From an uncultured Desulfatitalea sp. (lineage in GTDB: Bacteria; Desulfobacterota; Desulfobacteria; Desulfobacterales; Desulfosarcinaceae): a stretch of DNA of 64,000 bases. Numbering within the stretch: position 1 is the first letter of the stretch; each line of letters starts with the position of its first letter. Below the pieces are notes generated by a model. The model was not told where the DNA came from. It worked only from the letters and a program-made list of their open reading frames with translations, and ran no database searches. The DNA lies in assembly GCA_963668675.2 (NCBI GenBank), contig CAXXMB010000002.1, positions 1,696,001-1,760,000 of the forward strand, given 5' to 3'. Below, one piece after another: positions 30,711 through 40,466 of the stretch. A program made the position numbers and the translations under genes.

Positions 30711-32024
30711 TCAGCTCTTCCAATAGCACAACACCTCAAAGTACACTACGGCGCCAACCAGAAGCGCCAACAACGGCACGCGCATGAGCTTGTAGACCGG
30801 AATGAGCGTGGTCTGAAAGTATTCATTGGAGAGGAGAAAGCACAGGTGCAGGGGCGACACAAGCACCCCCACAAACCCGCTGGCCAACGCCAGCATCAGA
30901 TAGGGCAGCAGCATGGCCTGGTGCCCCATGGCAGCGATCAGTGAGATCAGAATCGGAAAGGTGGTGCCCACAAAGGCGATGGTGATGCCTGCCACCCCGC
31001 CGACGAGAAACGGTAACAGCATGGTGATGGGCATGAGCGGTATATGCCAGCGCAACATTTCACGACTCACCTGATCGACGGCCCGGCTGTCCTCCAGTAT
31101 CCCTTTGAAGATCAGTATAGCGGCAACCATATAGACCATCTTGACCAGGGCGGGATTTCCGACAATGGCCCAGCGGGCCGTCCAACCCACCCCATTGGCC
31201 TGCCACACCCAGAACAGCGCGATGAACAGGGCCAGAATCAGTCCGGCCTCCTTGGAAACGGATTGGACGGCCGGGGGGAAAATCGCCGCAAACAGCACGC
31301 CGCAGGCCAACCCGAAAACGATGACAAATGCGATGGGCGCCAACTCTTTGAAAAAGGGCAAAACCGCCTTGCGGGATGAATCTGAATCGGGAGTTGGAAC
31401 CGAACCGCGTAGCGGCCAATAGCCGGCGGCCAACGCGATGATGGTGAGCGGTGCCGTCACCAGAACCAGCCGCCAGAGATCCACACCGGCCAGGGCGGTG
31501 GTGAGCAGAATCCCCGGATAGAGCGGCCACCAGTACTCCCAGATATGCCGGAACCAGTAGTTGATATAACTTAACTGCGCTGGCGAGAGGCGGTGGCCCT
31601 GCCCCAAAGACTTGACCATGGGGGCCGAAAAAATCGCCCCACCCGGCATGGGCAGCAGCCCGATCAGGGCCGGAAAGATCACCAGGTTCACTTTGGGTTT
31701 ACGGATCAACCCCTTGAATCCATCCAGCAGCCGCGCCATCTGGCCCGATTTCTCCAAGGTGTGGCTGAGCACCAGAATCAATGAAACCACAACGGCCAGG
31801 CTCATGGTCTTGGGCTGCGCCAGGGCTCCTCCGACAGAACGAATGATGGCCAGTGGCCCCATACCAAAGATGATACCCAGGCCGATCGACCCGGCCAGAA
31901 AGGCGTTGCCCAACGACCAGTTGCGCTTGATCGCCAGCAAAACCAGCACGAAAACCACCATGATGCGCACAATGGCGGGAATGGCGTCTATCCAGGGGAG
32001 CATAATGTTCAATGTCAGGCCCAT
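30711..32024 (-). CDS. DUF401 family membrane protein (putative transporter)
   Basis: PALIGLLPMPGGAIFSAP, NYWFRHIWEYWWPLYP, SPLHLC. Confidence 0.88.
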   Translation of the reverse strand: MGLTLNIMLPWIDAIPAIVRIMVVFVLVLLAIKRNWSLGNAFLAGSIGLGIIFGMGPLAIIRSVGGALAQPKTMSLAVVVSLILVLSHTLEKSGQMARLLDGFKGLIRKPKVNLVIFPALIGLLPMPGGAIFSAPMVKSLGQGHRLSPAQLSYINYWFRHIWEYWWPLYPGILLTTALAGVDLWRLVLVTAPLTIIALAAGYWPLRGSVPTPDSDSSRKAVLPFFKELAPIAFVIVFGLACGVLFAAIFPPAVQSVSKEAGLILALFIALFWVWQANGVGWTARWAIVGNPALVKMVYMVAAILIFKGILEDSRAVDQVSREMLRWHIPLMPITMLLPFLVGGVAGITIAFVGTTFPILISLIAAMGHQAMLLPYLMLALASGFVGVLVSPLHLCFLLSNEYFQTTLIPVYKLMRVPLLALLVGAVVYFEVLCYWKS

Positions 32025-32077
32025 ATTCAAATTATTCTCTTACTCAACTTTCGTATTTCGTTAAAACTACACTCGGA

Positions 32078-32257
32078 GGCACGTCCAGTGGGTAGCCTGC
32101 AACTGCTCAGCATTGCATGTTAGTGCCGTTTAGGTGCAGTGGAGGATCAGCGGCCCGGACTGTTTGAGCGCCAGCGAGTTTCCGGGTTGCCCGTAGCTGC
32201 GCCTTAACGGCACTTGCATGCGTTTGCGTCAGATGCAGGCCCCCCACTGGACGTGCC
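32078..32257. repeat. 180-nt imperfect long inverted repeat (MITE/REP-like)
   Basis: Terminal ggcacgtccagtggg / cccactggacgtgcc perfect over 15 nt, imperfect arms about 60 nt, inner cccgga/tccggg stem. Confidence 0.75.
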
Positions 32258-32283
32258 GGATCATATACCCCAATGGTAGGATT

Positions 32284-33213
32284 CTAAAAGGAATTTTCGA
32301 GCCGCCCGGCCAAAGCCACCCAATCGCCACGCTCCTGAACCTCCCCTACCCGGAATCCGCAGGCAGCCATCTTGCGGGCAACACGATCTCGGTATGCCTG
32401 AATGATGCCGGAGCAGATCAACCAGCCGCCCGGCTTGAGCAGCGGCGCCAAATGGTCAAGCAGGTCGACGATCACATCTGCCAGGATGTTGGCCACCACT
32501 CCGTCAAAGAGGCCGTCGACCGTTTCGGTGAGATTCCCGCAGCTCAGGTTGAACTGCTCCTCGGGGATACCGTTAAGACGCAGATTGGCTTCGGCCACCT
32601 CGACAGCCACCGGGTCCAGATCCACCCCGGTAAGCTGAGTGGCGCCCAGCTTGGCGGCCGCAATGAGCAGGATGCCTGATCCGGTACCCACATCGAGAAT
32701 CGCATGCCCGGAACGGACCTTTTTCTCGAGCAGTTCGATGCACAAGGCGGTGGTCGGGTGGGTGCCGGTGCCGAAGGCCATGCCGGGATCGATCTCAATC
32801 ACCTGTTGACCCGGCTCCGGGGTGTGGTCGCGCCAGGTGGGCTTGACCACCATGGTGGAGGTGATCTGCTCAGGGAAGAAGAAATCCTTCCACGACTCGG
32901 CCCAATCTTCTTCATCCAGTCTGTGATACTTGATTGTATATTGCAACGGTTGCCTGGCAGCCAGATCGGACAGAGCCCGTTCCAGGTCAAGGCACCGTTT
33001 TTCGAGCCGTTCGTCCGCGGCCATGTAACCGGTGACCGCTGGTTCGGCAGGCAACGGAACGGCATTGTCGCCCCACCCCTCCATCGGTTCAAGATGGGGA
33101 TCTTCCACCACAACGCCGGTAATGTCCAAATCCTGGAAAAGCGACGATATCAGCTCTGCGGAGAGGGCTTCATCCTCGCTACTGAAAGTGATTTTGGCTT
33201 CCACCCACTGCAT
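32284..33213 (-). CDS. prmA: Ribosomal protein L11 methyltransferase
   Basis: DWAESWK, IDPGMAFGTGTHPTT, LDVGTGSGIL, ANILA, SGII. Confidence 0.95.
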   Translation of the reverse strand: MQWVEAKITFSSEDEALSAELISSLFQDLDITGVVVEDPHLEPMEGWGDNAVPLPAEPAVTGYMAADERLEKRCLDLERALSDLAARQPLQYTIKYHRLDEEDWAESWKDFFFPEQITSTMVVKPTWRDHTPEPGQQVIEIDPGMAFGTGTHPTTALCIELLEKKVRSGHAILDVGTGSGILLIAAAKLGATQLTGVDLDPVAVEVAEANLRLNGIPEEQFNLSCGNLTETVDGLFDGVVANILADVIVDLLDHLAPLLKPGGWLICSGIIQAYRDRVARKMAACGFRVGEVQERGDWVALAGRLENSF

Positions 33214-33255
33214 GACCGAACTCCTTCTTGCCGCGATCCGCCTTAGGGACGCCGG

Positions 33256-34611
33256 TTAGAAGACCCTCATCAAAAGAAAAGCGATATAAAAATAGATGGC
33301 GATCCCGAGGGCATCGATAATGGTGGCAATAAAGGGTCCTGCCGTAAGGGCCGGATCGAGTTTGATCTTCTTTAAAATCAATGGCATCAACGCACCGATC
33401 AAGTTGGCTGTCAGCAGCGTGGCCAGCAGGGCCGTGGAGACGATGAAGCCCAGCGTCATGTTGTAATCCTGTAGGAAGACCCGGAAGTAGGCCATTATTC
33501 CCAGGCTCCCGCCCAGGAGCAAGCCCATCACCAGTTCACGCCGGAAAACGCGTCCGAAATCACCGGGAGATATCTCTCCCAGGGCCATGCTGCGCACGAT
33601 CATGGTAGCCGATTGGGTACCGGCGTTACCACAGGTCCCCATCACCATGGGGATAAAAAAGGCCAGGGCCATCATCTGGCTCAATACGGCTTGGTTCATC
33701 TCCATGATGGATGTGGAGAGCAGGGAGGTGAACAGCAAAATCGCCAGCCAGATGAAGCGGCTCCAGAAGAGCCTTGGCAGCGGTCGTTTAAAATACTGCT
33801 CGTCAAAGGGCAGCACGGCAGAAATCATCTGGAAATCCTCGGTGCTTTCAGCCTCGATGATGTCGATGACATCGTCGACGGTGATGATGCCGAGCAGCCG
33901 GTTCTCCTTGTCCACCACCGGCACCGCCAGGATGTCATACTTGGAGATGATGGCCGCCACCTCTTCGATATCCATGTCGTGGGGCACGCTGATGACATTG
34001 GTCTCCATGATCGTGTCCAGCGTGACCCGGGGTTTAGACATGATCAAGTCCCGCAGGGAGATGATACCGATCAGATGGCGCTCTTCGTCGGTGATATAGA
34101 CGTAGTAGATGGTCTCCTTGTTGGGTGCCTGCAGCCGCAGCCTTTCCAATGCCGTTCCCACCGAAAGGAACTTGGGCAGCATGGCGTACTCGGTGGTCAT
34201 CACCGCACCGGCCTGACCCTCCTCATAATGCCACAGCTTGCGGATGGCGTTACGCTCGGCCTGGGCGATGAGCGGCATGATCGATTCCCGCACGTCGTCA
34301 TCGACCGCCTTGAGCAGATCCACCCGGTCGTCCGGCTCCATGTTCTCCACGAAACGCAGCATGATTTGGGCATTGCCCTCTTCGAGGCAATCCTCCTGCA
34401 TTTCGATGGGGAGCTTGGCAAAGGCCTCGATCGCCTTGTGGTTGCCCACTTCGGAGAGAATCTCTACAATTTTAGAGGGGTCCTCTTCGTTTTCGAGCAG
34501 CACTTCGGCAATATCCGAAGGGTGCTCGTTGCGAAGGGCGTCGATCGCCGCTTGACGCGCCGGTGCGTCGTCAGCAATCCAGATTTGGCTGAAATTGAGC
34601 GCTTGGGACAT
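33256..34611 (-). CDS. mgtE: Magnesium transporter MgtE
   Basis: HPSDIAE, MEPDDRVD, CBS pair, GIITVDD, GNAGTQ, DPALTAGPFIATIID. Confidence 0.95.
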   Translation of the reverse strand: MSQALNFSQIWIADDAPARQAAIDALRNEHPSDIAEVLLENEEDPSKIVEILSEVGNHKAIEAFAKLPIEMQEDCLEEGNAQIMLRFVENMEPDDRVDLLKAVDDDVRESIMPLIAQAERNAIRKLWHYEEGQAGAVMTTEYAMLPKFLSVGTALERLRLQAPNKETIYYVYITDEERHLIGIISLRDLIMSKPRVTLDTIMETNVISVPHDMDIEEVAAIISKYDILAVPVVDKENRLLGIITVDDVIDIIEAESTEDFQMISAVLPFDEQYFKRPLPRLFWSRFIWLAILLFTSLLSTSIMEMNQAVLSQMMALAFFIPMVMGTCGNAGTQSATMIVRSMALGEISPGDFGRVFRRELVMGLLLGGSLGIMAYFRVFLQDYNMTLGFIVSTALLATLLTANLIGALMPLILKKIKLDPALTAGPFIATIIDALGIAIYFYIAFLLMRVF

Positions 34612-34673
34612 GGTGCGCCTCCTGAACGTTCTTGCCGGGCCGATGGCCCAGCGAAAACGATCAGGTCAGCGCC

Positions 34674-34802
34674 TTAAGCGGAGCGCACGGGTGTGCTCGG
34701 AGAAAGGGCGGTCCTGTTCGTGGGCCGAACGGCTGCAAAACGAAACGTGTTGTTCTGACTAGGGGGTTGCGAATCGCAACTACCAGAGTCCTTTTCGTCC
34801 AT
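34674..34802 (-). CDS. Putative 42-aa proline-containing leader peptide of mgtE
   Basis: GAGG RBS then MDEKDSGSCDSQPPSQNNTFRFAAVRPTNRTALSPSTPVRSA-stop, 62 nt before mgtE. Confidence 0.45.
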   Translation of the reverse strand: MDEKDSGSCDSQPPSQNNTFRFAAVRPTNRTALSPSTPVRSA

Positions 34803-35094
34803 TTCGGGTCCTCATCAGATAAACAAAAACAATGTGTCGGCCCCATGCCGTCACATTGCCCTTACTTGATATCGATCTATTATGCGCCACGGACGCTAAT
34901 GCAAAGACCGCTAAAAATCAACCCCAATGTTGCCGAAAGCTGTGTGTTGTAAAGCAAAAACAGGTCATCGGCGGCTTTAGCAACGATATTTATCCTATGG
35001 GCGTACAAGGTGAAGGTCATACTGGACAAGGTCGACTCCACACCTTCGCTTTACATTCACCCCCCATCGACTTAAGGCGTATGTGTTGCCGATC

Positions 35095-35121
35095 CGGGCG
35101 GGCGTAAAGCCCGCCCCTACA
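35095..35121 (-). repeat. GTAG-type REP palindrome
   Basis: gggcgggc-gtaaa-gcccgccc-ctac, similar to 16305-16331. Confidence 0.65.
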
Positions 35122-35218
35122 AAGGCTGATGATGATAGCACGATGTGATGGATCCAAACACCGTTCGCTTAGGCGATTGAGATTGACGTTACACTTAAAA
35201 CGTCCGGCAAACCCGGGA

Positions 35219-35614
35219 TCAGGGCTTGTAATCTTCCTGCTTGATCTTGAGGCCTTTGAACATGAAGTCCCGCGACTCCTTGTCCAGTTTGCTCTTGGCG
35301 ATATCCATCGTCTTGTATGCCACACGCGCACTGGTGGTGAAATTCATGTCCCTGAGTTTGTACTTTTGGGTGATATGTTTTTGAAAAGCGGATTCATACT
35401 TCATCTGGGCTTTGGTTTCGGTGACGTACTCCTCGTCATTGTAGCTTTTACCACCAACTTTGTTTTCGAAAACCGGGGTGTGGTAGACCACTTTATCCCT
35501 ATAAGAGTAAGAGATGATGTAGCCGTAGGCCGTCTCGTCGGCCCAACACAGCGGCGCCCCAATGGCGATTCCCAGAATTAAGATGAGCAGTATCTTCAGG
35601 CTCTTCGTCATCAT
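35219..35614 (-). CDS. Hypothetical exported protein
   Basis: GGAGG RBS, signal peptide, Lys/Tyr-rich mature part. Confidence 0.75.
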   Translation of the reverse strand: MMTKSLKILLILILGIAIGAPLCWADETAYGYIISYSYRDKVVYHTPVFENKVGGKSYNDEEYVTETKAQMKYESAFQKHITQKYKLRDMNFTTSARVAYKTMDIAKSKLDKESRDFMFKGLKIKQEDYKP

Positions 35615-35917
35615 GCGTGCACCTCCAATTTCAGTTGGATTCGATTGCCGCGTACAGATGGACACCTGTATCCCCCCCTGCTGTGCGCCATCGATTCAGC
35701 ATCAAGCCCCATTAGGTCGCGTCGGTTCCAATAGCGAGCAGCCATACAGCGCAAGTATTCCCGCAGCAACCCTTATGTCTTTGAAATCAAAACCCCACAT
35801 CACCGATTGCCGCAGATACTGCACCTGCATAGGATACGGCATCCCGAGCAAACCGGTCAAGTGTAAATAAATGCGACACTGTTCCTACGATTAGGACGCC
35901 TGCCGGATTCGAATTGT

Positions 35918-37213
35918 CTACAAAAAAGTTTCCTTGGGTGGATTAAAATAGCCGTGCCGCAATCCAGGCCATGCCCGGCGAACTCGATCCAGCGCGGAGG
36001 ACACACCTAAAATTGTTGAATGTCGGTTACTTGAATCCATAACACTCAAATAACGCATCGGATCGAAATTCAAGTTGCGCCACTGGATCATCCGGATCGG
36101 ATGCGCTTCGATAAAGGCCAGTAAGGCATCGCACTCCTCCGCTGTATCGGTAAATCCTGGGCAATTCAAATAGTTGATGGCCACATGGGCCTCCTTTTTC
36201 AAAGCCGTGTCGATGGAGGCGGTCACATCCCCGAACCCATACCCCCTGGGGCGGAAATAGGCCTCGTAGCAGGGCTTGCGCACGCTGTTCATGCTGATGC
36301 GCAGGCTGTCCAGGCCGGCATCGAGCAGACGTTCGATCTTATCCGGCAGGCTGCCGTTGGTATTCATATTGATGGTCCCCCTGTCGGTTTCAGCCCGGAT
36401 AATACGGATCGCGTCGCAGATGACATCTGCCGCCATCAATGGGTCGCCTTCGCACCCTTGGCCAAAACTGACCACCGAGCGTTCGACACGCCGGATGTGC
36501 ATCAGGGCGACACCAGCGATCTCCTCGGCGGAGGGCGTGAAGGCGATGCGATCCTGACTATTGGGCAGCTCCCCATCAGGTTGCAACGAAATACACCCCA
36601 GGCAGCGGGCATTGCAGGCGGACGAACTGGGCAAGGGCGCCTCATAGCGCCCCAGGAAAAAATTCTTTCCGGCCGGACAGCCATATGTAAGGGCGCACTT
36701 TTCAAGATGGGCGCGCAGCCGGTTGCCGGGCAACTCCCGCCGCATGCGATGCACACCGGCCTGTATCCTGTCCAGGGGCATCTGCCGCAGGTCCTGGCGA
36801 GGTTCATCATCCACCCGCAGCGCCGCCGAACGAAATTTACCCCGATGCCAGCCCACCGCGCCGTATGAAAAGAGGGGCAGAAATCCGGCTTGGGGGCGCT
36901 CCTCATAGGCAGCCGTGTGGGTGATCATGTAGCCGGGCGAATTGAATGCCGCCACTGGAAAAATGGCCTCTCCGGGCCGATAGGGGTTCTCCGGCAAGGC
37001 GGTCACGCCCTCTCGACGAAGATCGTAAAGCAGGGGCACCCGGTCGGGTAAATACATCAACTCGCTGCCGTGGGGCAGATTGAGCGTGCGGGCCACCTCC
37101 AGCGGCGTTTTGACGGGACCGTCCGCACCGACGGCAGCATAACCGGCCAGATCGAATATCTCCCCATCACCATTGGCTACCACTGCCGTGATGTATGCCT
37201 GCCTTTTCTTCAT
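35918..37213 (-). CDS. Radical SAM protein of unknown function
   Basis: CNARCLGC motif, SFGQGCEGDP, NMNTNGS; extra CALTYGC. Confidence 0.9.
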   Translation of the reverse strand: MKKRQAYITAVVANGDGEIFDLAGYAAVGADGPVKTPLEVARTLNLPHGSELMYLPDRVPLLYDLRREGVTALPENPYRPGEAIFPVAAFNSPGYMITHTAAYEERPQAGFLPLFSYGAVGWHRGKFRSAALRVDDEPRQDLRQMPLDRIQAGVHRMRRELPGNRLRAHLEKCALTYGCPAGKNFFLGRYEAPLPSSSACNARCLGCISLQPDGELPNSQDRIAFTPSAEEIAGVALMHIRRVERSVVSFGQGCEGDPLMAADVICDAIRIIRAETDRGTINMNTNGSLPDKIERLLDAGLDSLRISMNSVRKPCYEAYFRPRGYGFGDVTASIDTALKKEAHVAINYLNCPGFTDTAEECDALLAFIEAHPIRMIQWRNLNFDPMRYLSVMDSSNRHSTILGVSSALDRVRRAWPGLRHGYFNPPKETFL

Positions 37214-37496
37214 CGTGCCAGAAAGCTCCTCCCGAAAACGGCTTGTAACGAGAAATGTTTTTCTTTGATTGTAGCACCCATTTGTGTTTAGGTTTCGTGC
37301 AAACAAAATCGCTTTATAACACTCTCAGTCAATGCAATGAAGCCACAATCGACATATAAGGAAATTCGTTTGGAAACATATGGCTTTTTAATCTCTATGC
37401 CGGGTCGAACGAAGGCGTATCGAAAGGGTGTTGCCCTTTTGGCATTTGGTAGTACCGCTTTCAACCTGAAGCGCTTAAAAATGGATTGAACCCGGC

Positions 37497-37706
37497 ATGA
37501 AAAACAGACAAAAAACGAAATTCAAGCAGGAAGCCGCACATCAACTCATTGGTTGGATCCTTTTTATTTTATGTGCCATTTTTTTTCTTGCTTCCGGTAT
37601 CACCCACGGAGACATCTTAACAACGGTGGGCAGCGTGATTTTTTTGATTGCCTGCTTCGTTTTTCTTATACCGTTGATCAGGTCGAACAGAGGCCGCGGT
37701 CAATGA
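37497..37706 (+). CDS. Small two-TM membrane protein
   Basis: GWILFILCAIFF and GSVIFLIACFVFLIPL hydrophobic segments. Confidence 0.7.
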   Translation: MKNRQKTKFKQEAAHQLIGWILFILCAIFFLASGITHGDILTTVGSVIFLIACFVFLIPLIRSNRGRGQ

Positions 37707-37832
37707 CGCAACGCCTTAAGCCCGTTAACGAACAGATCATGAGGACACGTTCGAGATGAACGGTCAAAATGGCCTGGAGAGACAACCTGTTTTCACTTTA
37801 AGCGACCGGCAAAGCCGGACAAGGAGATCGTT

Positions 37833-38249
37833 ATGGCAAAAGAGACAGATTCGGAACTGAAGGCATTTGTTGACGAGTGGACAGACACGGCTGAAAAGAA
37901 CAAGGAGGTGTTTTTGCGTCTCAAAGAATATCTCTCTAAAAAAGATAGCGTCACCCTCGAATTCATACCCCGCCCGGGCCTCACATATTCTCTCAGAGGG
38001 GTGCATGCCAATCAGAAGAAAAAAGATCTTTTCGTCATGGTTGATGTGATCGAAGATTCCCCCCGATGGCTTTCCGTTTGCTTTTATGGCGAAATGATAA
38101 CGGATCCGGAAGAGCGGGGCGACTTCGTTCCTGAAGGCCTGCTCGGAGAAGATGCGGTCTGCTTCGACATCGAAGAGAAGGATGAAGACCTCATACAATA
38201 CGTCGAAGCCCGTATAGGTGAGGCGTGCCAAACTGCTTCGAAAGAGTAG
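37833..38249 (+). CDS. Conserved hypothetical protein
   Basis: AAGGAG RBS; RWLSVCFYGEMITDPEERGDFVPEGLLGEDA.CFD segment recognised from sulfate-reducer hypotheticals. Confidence 0.8.
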   Translation: MAKETDSELKAFVDEWTDTAEKNKEVFLRLKEYLSKKDSVTLEFIPRPGLTYSLRGVHANQKKKDLFVMVDVIEDSPRWLSVCFYGEMITDPEERGDFVPEGLLGEDAVCFDIEEKDEDLIQYVEARIGEACQTASKE

Positions 38250-38296
38250 GCGCTCTTCATATTAGCAAACATATAACCGATTGAGAAGCGTATCAT

Positions 38297-39199
38297 ATGA
38301 CGAACTTTGTGCCATCTGCCTTCGTTGGAGGGTTGACACTGTTGCTCTTCGGTCTGAATACCGTATGGTGGTGTTCGGTCTTATACCTGTTTGTCCTGAT
38401 AAAACTTATCGTCCCCTTTAAGGGATTCAGGCATCGGATCTCGCTCGTATTGATCTTCATCGCGAATGTATGGATCGAGTGCAACAGCTTTATTTTCCAG
38501 ATCACCCATAAGGTGAAATGGGATGTGCAGGGCGTAGAGAATCTCTCGCCTGAAAATTCCTACCTGGTGGTGAGCAATCATCGTTCGTGGGCAGACATTT
38601 TCGTCCTTCAACACATCTTCAAGCGTCATATTCCCTTCCTTAAATTCTTTCTCAAGCAGGAGCTCATTTGGGTCCCCCTCCTGGGCATCGCGTGGTGGGC
38701 ATTGGATTTTCCGTTTTTAAAACGCTATTCACGCCAATTTCTGCAGAAGCATCCCGAATTGCGCGGCAAGGATATGGCCGCTACCCGGAAATCGTGTGAA
38801 AAATTTAAAAACCATCCGGTTTCCGTGATGAATTTTCTCGAAGGGACCCGATTCACCTTCGAAAAGCATAAGAGGCAAAACTCACCGTTTCAGCATCTTT
38901 TGGTGCCGAAAGCAGGCGGTGTCGCCCTGGTTCTCTCCTGTATGGGAGAGTATCTGGCCAACGTGATAGACGTGACGATTGTCTATCCCGATAACGAACC
39001 GCCAGTGCACTTTTGGGATCTGCTGACTGGAGATATCCCCCGCATAGCGGTGAAGGTGAGAATCTTGACGCTTCCTGAGGATGTCGTTGGCCGCAATTAC
39101 GAAGAAGATAAGGCGTATCGGGAAATGGTGCAGCAGTGGGTCAATCGGCTTTGGAGCGACAAAGATCAAGCGTGTTCAGACCTGATTTCCGAATTATAG
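38297..39199 (+). CDS. Acyltransferase, YihG/PlsC family
   Basis: NHRSWAD, KFFLKQELIWVP, NFLEGTRFT, PKAGG. Confidence 0.92.
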   Translation: MTNFVPSAFVGGLTLLLFGLNTVWWCSVLYLFVLIKLIVPFKGFRHRISLVLIFIANVWIECNSFIFQITHKVKWDVQGVENLSPENSYLVVSNHRSWADIFVLQHIFKRHIPFLKFFLKQELIWVPLLGIAWWALDFPFLKRYSRQFLQKHPELRGKDMAATRKSCEKFKNHPVSVMNFLEGTRFTFEKHKRQNSPFQHLLVPKAGGVALVLSCMGEYLANVIDVTIVYPDNEPPVHFWDLLTGDIPRIAVKVRILTLPEDVVGRNYEEDKAYREMVQQWVNRLWSDKDQACSDLISEL

Positions 39200-39250
39200 G
39201 GGAGGGCACAGGCACAATAGGAAATTCATCGCTCAAGGAAAAGAGGAAAC

Positions 39251-39694
39251 ATGCGGTTTGCACATACCAACATCGCTGCAAAAAACTGGCAAACGCTATC
39301 CGATTTCTATATCAATGTGTTTGATTGCAAAATCAAGCCGCCCCAGCGAAAACTCTCGGGAGCATGGCTGGACCATGCAACAGGACTTCACAATGCCATG
39401 CTGGAAGGTGTGCACTTGCTGCTCCCGGGGCACGGCGATGACGGCCCGACACTGGAAATCTTTTCATATCGCGATATGACAAAGAGTGAGCCGATCATGG
39501 CAAACTGCACCGGATTGACACATCTTGCCTTCGAAGTCACCGATGTCGATCAAACCTTGGAGAGGGCCATCGAATGCGGCGGGCATCTTTTGGGTAAAGT
39601 CACTGAGAAGGAGATCGAAGGGGTCGGCACGCTGAACTTCGTCTACTTCAGGGACCCGGAAGGCAACATTGTTGAGATTCAATCGTGGAAATAA
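39251..39694 (+). CDS. VOC/glyoxalase family protein
   Basis: [25 protein letters not shown]. Confidence 0.9.
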   Translation: MRFAHTNIAAKNWQTLSDFYINVFDCKIKPPQRKLSGAWLDHATGLHNAMLEGVHLLLPGHGDDGPTLEIFSYRDMTKSEPIMANCTGLTHLAFEVTDVDQTLERAIECGGHLLGKVTEKEIEGVGTLNFVYFRDPEGNIVEIQSWK

Positions 39695-40050
39695 AAGCAA
39701 TCAATCTTAAGGAAAAGCTATCCGGTTTTTCAGATCACTGGGCACCTAAAATCATCGCCCGGATGAACAACTACCACTTTAAAGTTGTCAAATTGCAGGG
39801 CGAATTTGTATGGCACTGCCATGACGAGACAGATGAGGTTTTCATTGTTCTTGAAGGCGAAATGTCCATCGCCTTCCGGGACAAATCCGTGGCGCTCAAG
39901 GCCGGCGAAATGCTCGTCGTGCCAATGGGCGAAGAGCATAAGCCTTTTGCCGAAAAAGAGTGCAAGGTAATGCTTGTCGAACCTGCCGGCACGATCAATA
40001 CCGGCAGCAGCGGTGGAGAGATGACAGCAGAGAATGACGTATGGATTTAA
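39685..40050 (+). CDS. Cupin domain protein
   Basis: [26 protein letters not shown]. Confidence 0.9.
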   Translation: MEIKAINLKEKLSGFSDHWAPKIIARMNNYHFKVVKLQGEFVWHCHDETDEVFIVLEGEMSIAFRDKSVALKAGEMLVVPMGEEHKPFAEKECKVMLVEPAGTINTGSSGGEMTAENDVWI

Positions 40051-40466
40051 TTGGGAGTCGGTGAGGCTTTTACTATCCGGAAAATACCGTTGGGTCGACC
40101 GATGAGCGAACCGTCTTCCCGTGTCAGGAATGCATGCTCGATCTGCTTATTGTCCAGGTGCTCGACAACGCGCAACCCTCCCTCCTCCAGGAACGATGCA
40201 ATCTCACCCTCCTCGATAGAGAAGCGAATGGGCTCATTGACGCGGTGCCTGGTCCAAAACCGGTGCAGTGCTTTGACCCCATAGTGGAAATCAATATTCC
40301 GGGCAGTGATCCGAATGCCATAATCAAAAACGATTACACTATCCGGAGATGGCCCGCGGGCAATGAACGCCAGGGTTTTATCCACCGATTTCGGGTCGAG
40401 ATAGTAGCTGACCCCTTCCCAGATAAACAGCGTGTGTTGGTGATGATCAAGACATTCATCCATCAC
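40047..40466 (-). pseudogene. C-terminal fragment of LCM/TIGR00027-type SAM-dependent methyltransferase
   Basis: TLFIWEGVSYYL..VFDY..EP..F present, N-terminal SAM-binding half absent. Confidence 0.7.

Noticed and set aside
32078..32257. 6S RNA candidate by size and rod shape
   Set aside because: No large central bubble or recognisable 6S motif, and not in the usual zapA-linked context
34792..34818. Hammerhead-like CTGATGAG...GAAA on the minus strand upstream of mgtE
   Set aside because: Stem II does not pair beyond the first G-C and no stem I/III is evident; better explained as the RBS and start of the leader ORF
37497..40050. Run of short co-oriented genes resembling integron cassettes
   Set aside because: No attC-like repeats or integrase seen; some genes overlap like an ordinary operon
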